A stretch of 64,000 bases of DNA from an uncultured Methanosarcinaceae archaeon. GTDB lineage: Archaea > Halobacteriota > Methanosarcinia > Methanosarcinales > Methanosarcinaceae. The stretch spans positions 352,001 to 416,000 of the forward strand of contig CAWJYV010000007.1 in NCBI GenBank assembly GCA_963847185.1, read 5' to 3'. This document shows, one piece after another, positions 62,128 through 64,000 of the stretch (position 1 is its first letter; each line of letters starts with the position of its first letter). The notes under the pieces were generated by a model, which was not told where the DNA came from, ran no database searches, and saw nothing but the letters and a program-made list of their open reading frames with translations. The position numbers and the translations under genes were made by a program.

Positions 62128-63513
62128 ATGGCAGCAAAAAGATTCACTAAGATGGCATACGCAAGCGCAGACGAAATGACCTTCGGCGTAGCCAAGCACC
62201 CCGTAAAGGCAGGCCTTGGCCTCGAGATTGGTGCAGGTTATACAATTCCTGAAGTTAACTATGCTCCAAGACCTGAAGCCGGTGCATCCAAGGAAAAACT
62301 CGTAAAGGAATACGAGAGGATCACCACTGACATCATGGCAAGAATGGTCCAGGTCGGTTTCCCAGCAGTTATCCTTGAAACAGAACACGTTCAGCAGATG
62401 TCCAACAACCCCTCCTGGGGAGCAGAAGTTGCACACGCCCAGAAGACCATCATGGAAGAGTACCACGATGAATACGGCATAAAGTGCGCACTTCGCCACA
62501 CAATCGGTGACATCCGTGAGAACAGGGACTTCCTCCAGCTCAGAGGCGACAAGTACTCCGTCTTCCTCGAGGCATTCGAAGAGTGCGCCAAAGCCGGTGC
62601 CGACCTGCTTTCAGTAGAGAGCATGGGTGGTAAGGAAGTTTTCGACTACGCAGTTCTCAGAAACGACATCGCTGGTATCCTCTACGCAATCGGCTGTCTC
62701 GGCTCCATTGACATGGAAATGATCTGGTCCGACATCTCCGCAATTGCAAAGAAGACCGGAACTGTTTCTGCTGGTGACACAGACTGTGCCCAGGCAAACA
62801 CCGCAATGTTCATCGGCGGTGGACTGCTCGACAAGAACCTCGCCCACACCCTTGCAATCCTTGCAAGAGCAATCTCTGCACCAAGGTCCCTCGTCGCATA
62901 CGAGTGTGGCGCAGTAGGCCCTGGAAAAGACTGTGGATACGAGAACGTCATTGTTAAAGCCATCACCGGTATGCCAATGACCCAGGAAGGTAAGACTTCC
63001 ACCTGTGCTCACTCTGACGTAATGGGTAACCTCATTATGCAGTGCTGTGACTGCTGGTCCAACGAGTCTGTTGAATACCACGGTGAATTCGGTGGTACAA
63101 CAGTTCAGTGCTGGTCCGAATCCCTTGCATACGACTGTGCCCTCATGAACACCGCTCTTGAAACCAAGAACGAAAAGATTCTCAGGGACCTTCTAATGCT
63201 CTCCGACAGGTACAGAGACCCACAGTCCTACGTACTTGCATACGACAACGCATACAAGGTCGGTCAGTCAATTGTTAAGGACGGAGACAACATCTACCTC
63301 AGAGCAAAGAATGCAGCAATTGCATGCTGTGACATCGTCAACGAAGGTGCAGCCGGCAAGCTCGAACTCTCCAGGTTTGAAGCCAATGCCCTCGCAGACG
63401 CAAAGGCAGCTCTCGAAGCTCTTCCAGCTGACATGGACACCTTCATGGACAATTGCCTTACAAAATACAAGAGTGAAGTTAAAGTATTCCTTCCGGAGAA
63501 CTACGGCTTCTAA
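62128..63513 (+). CDS. mtaB: Methanol:corrinoid methyltransferase
   Basis: PEVNYAPRP, ETEHVQQM, VESMGGKE, GDTDCAQANTAM, GPGKDCGYE, WSNESVE; ATG 62128 after GAGGTGA. Confidence 0.97.
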   Translation: MAAKRFTKMAYASADEMTFGVAKHPVKAGLGLEIGAGYTIPEVNYAPRPEAGASKEKLVKEYERITTDIMARMVQVGFPAVILETEHVQQMSNNPSWGAEVAHAQKTIMEEYHDEYGIKCALRHTIGDIRENRDFLQLRGDKYSVFLEAFEECAKAGADLLSVESMGGKEVFDYAVLRNDIAGILYAIGCLGSIDMEMIWSDISAIAKKTGTVSAGDTDCAQANTAMFIGGGLLDKNLAHTLAILARAISAPRSLVAYECGAVGPGKDCGYENVIVKAITGMPMTQEGKTSTCAHSDVMGNLIMQCCDCWSNESVEYHGEFGGTTVQCWSESLAYDCALMNTALETKNEKILRDLLMLSDRYRDPQSYVLAYDNAYKVGQSIVKDGDNIYLRAKNAAIACCDIVNEGAAGKLELSRFEANALADAKAALEALPADMDTFMDNCLTKYKSEVKVFLPENYGF

Positions 63514-63516
63514 GCC

Positions 63517-63544
63517 GAACCCTCCGGTTCTCTTTTTCTTTTTA
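63517..63544 (+). terminator. mtaCB terminator
   Basis: GAACC-CTCC-GGTTC hairpin followed by T tracts. Confidence 0.6.
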
Positions 63545-63894
63545 AAATCAATTTTGAATTCGCATATTTTTTTCTGTTTTTTGAATCGTTAATTCTACAC
63601 TCGTTTATTTGCATCCCATTGCTGTGACAAAGAATGTAGATTAATTAAGAGTAAATTGATTCGTTTTATAGGCAAAGGATCAGAGTCAATTGCTAAAAGC
63701 CTTAATAATAACACATATCTTAAATCTAGTCAAAGAAAAAGGATCTGTCTTCTGATTTTCTCAGTGAATATCACTTACCATTAAAGTATTTATTAAAAAA
63801 TCAAACATTTTTACTGCTTATAGTTTTGTTGTTCTTCTCCATTTTACCCTTTTAAAGAATTTAATTTCCCAGTCGTTTTATTCTTCATACTTGA

Positions 63895-64000
63895 CTATAA
63901 ATTGACCTCGTTTCGTTTATCTCTACCTGTCGGAATTGTAAATGCGAAAATACTCCCTTCCCCGGGATTACTCCGAAACCATATATATCCGCCATGTAGA
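63895..64000 (-). CDS. Sensor histidine kinase, C-terminal end (gene enters from beyond the window)
   Basis: Manual translation LHGGYIWFRSNPGEGSIFAFTIPTGRDKRNEVNL-TAG, the typical HATPase_c terminus. Confidence 0.8.
   Translation of the reverse strand, partial: LHGGYIWFRSNPGEGSIFAFTIPTGRDKRNEVNL

Overview
This is a chromosomal window from a methanogenic archaeon of the genus Methanosarcina, judged from pyrrolysine-encoding methylamine methyltransferases, mtaCB, class I LysRS and MutS/MutL. About 1-34.8 kb is core genome: aroC, ribB/ribK, pcm, hisF, a U32 protein, lysK, the operon mtbC-mttB-mttC-mttP-orf-smORF-mtbB (in-frame amber codons in mttB and mtbB), an HdrD-like Fe-S protein, two tRNA-Pro(GGG) copies, mutS-mutL, cbiD-cbiE, a prepilin peptidase and tRNA-Val(CAC). 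From tRNA-Val to about 50 kb lies an AT-rich, decaying island of surface-protein genes, small Cys-rich proteins and frameshifted pseudogenes, closed by a degenerate copy of the tRNA-Val 3' arm. The right end has a kinase/degenerate-phosphoesterase fusion, tandem FAD-Rieske oxidoreductases (second one broken), a ferredoxin, a DNA glycosylase, two Msr-type regulators and mtaCB. The most notable hand-read signals are: three genes that appear to start at ATT/ATA codons; an unlisted 49-aa membrane protein in the methylamine operon; eight TCAYGA motifs clustered in that operon's leader; a highly structured mttC-mttP spacer; a tRNA-Pro duplication enclosing a histidine-kinase remnant; two MITE-like elements; and an aegerolysin/Cry34-like ORF. 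No CRISPR array or intact integrase/transposase was seen. All family assignments are from motif recognition, not database searches.
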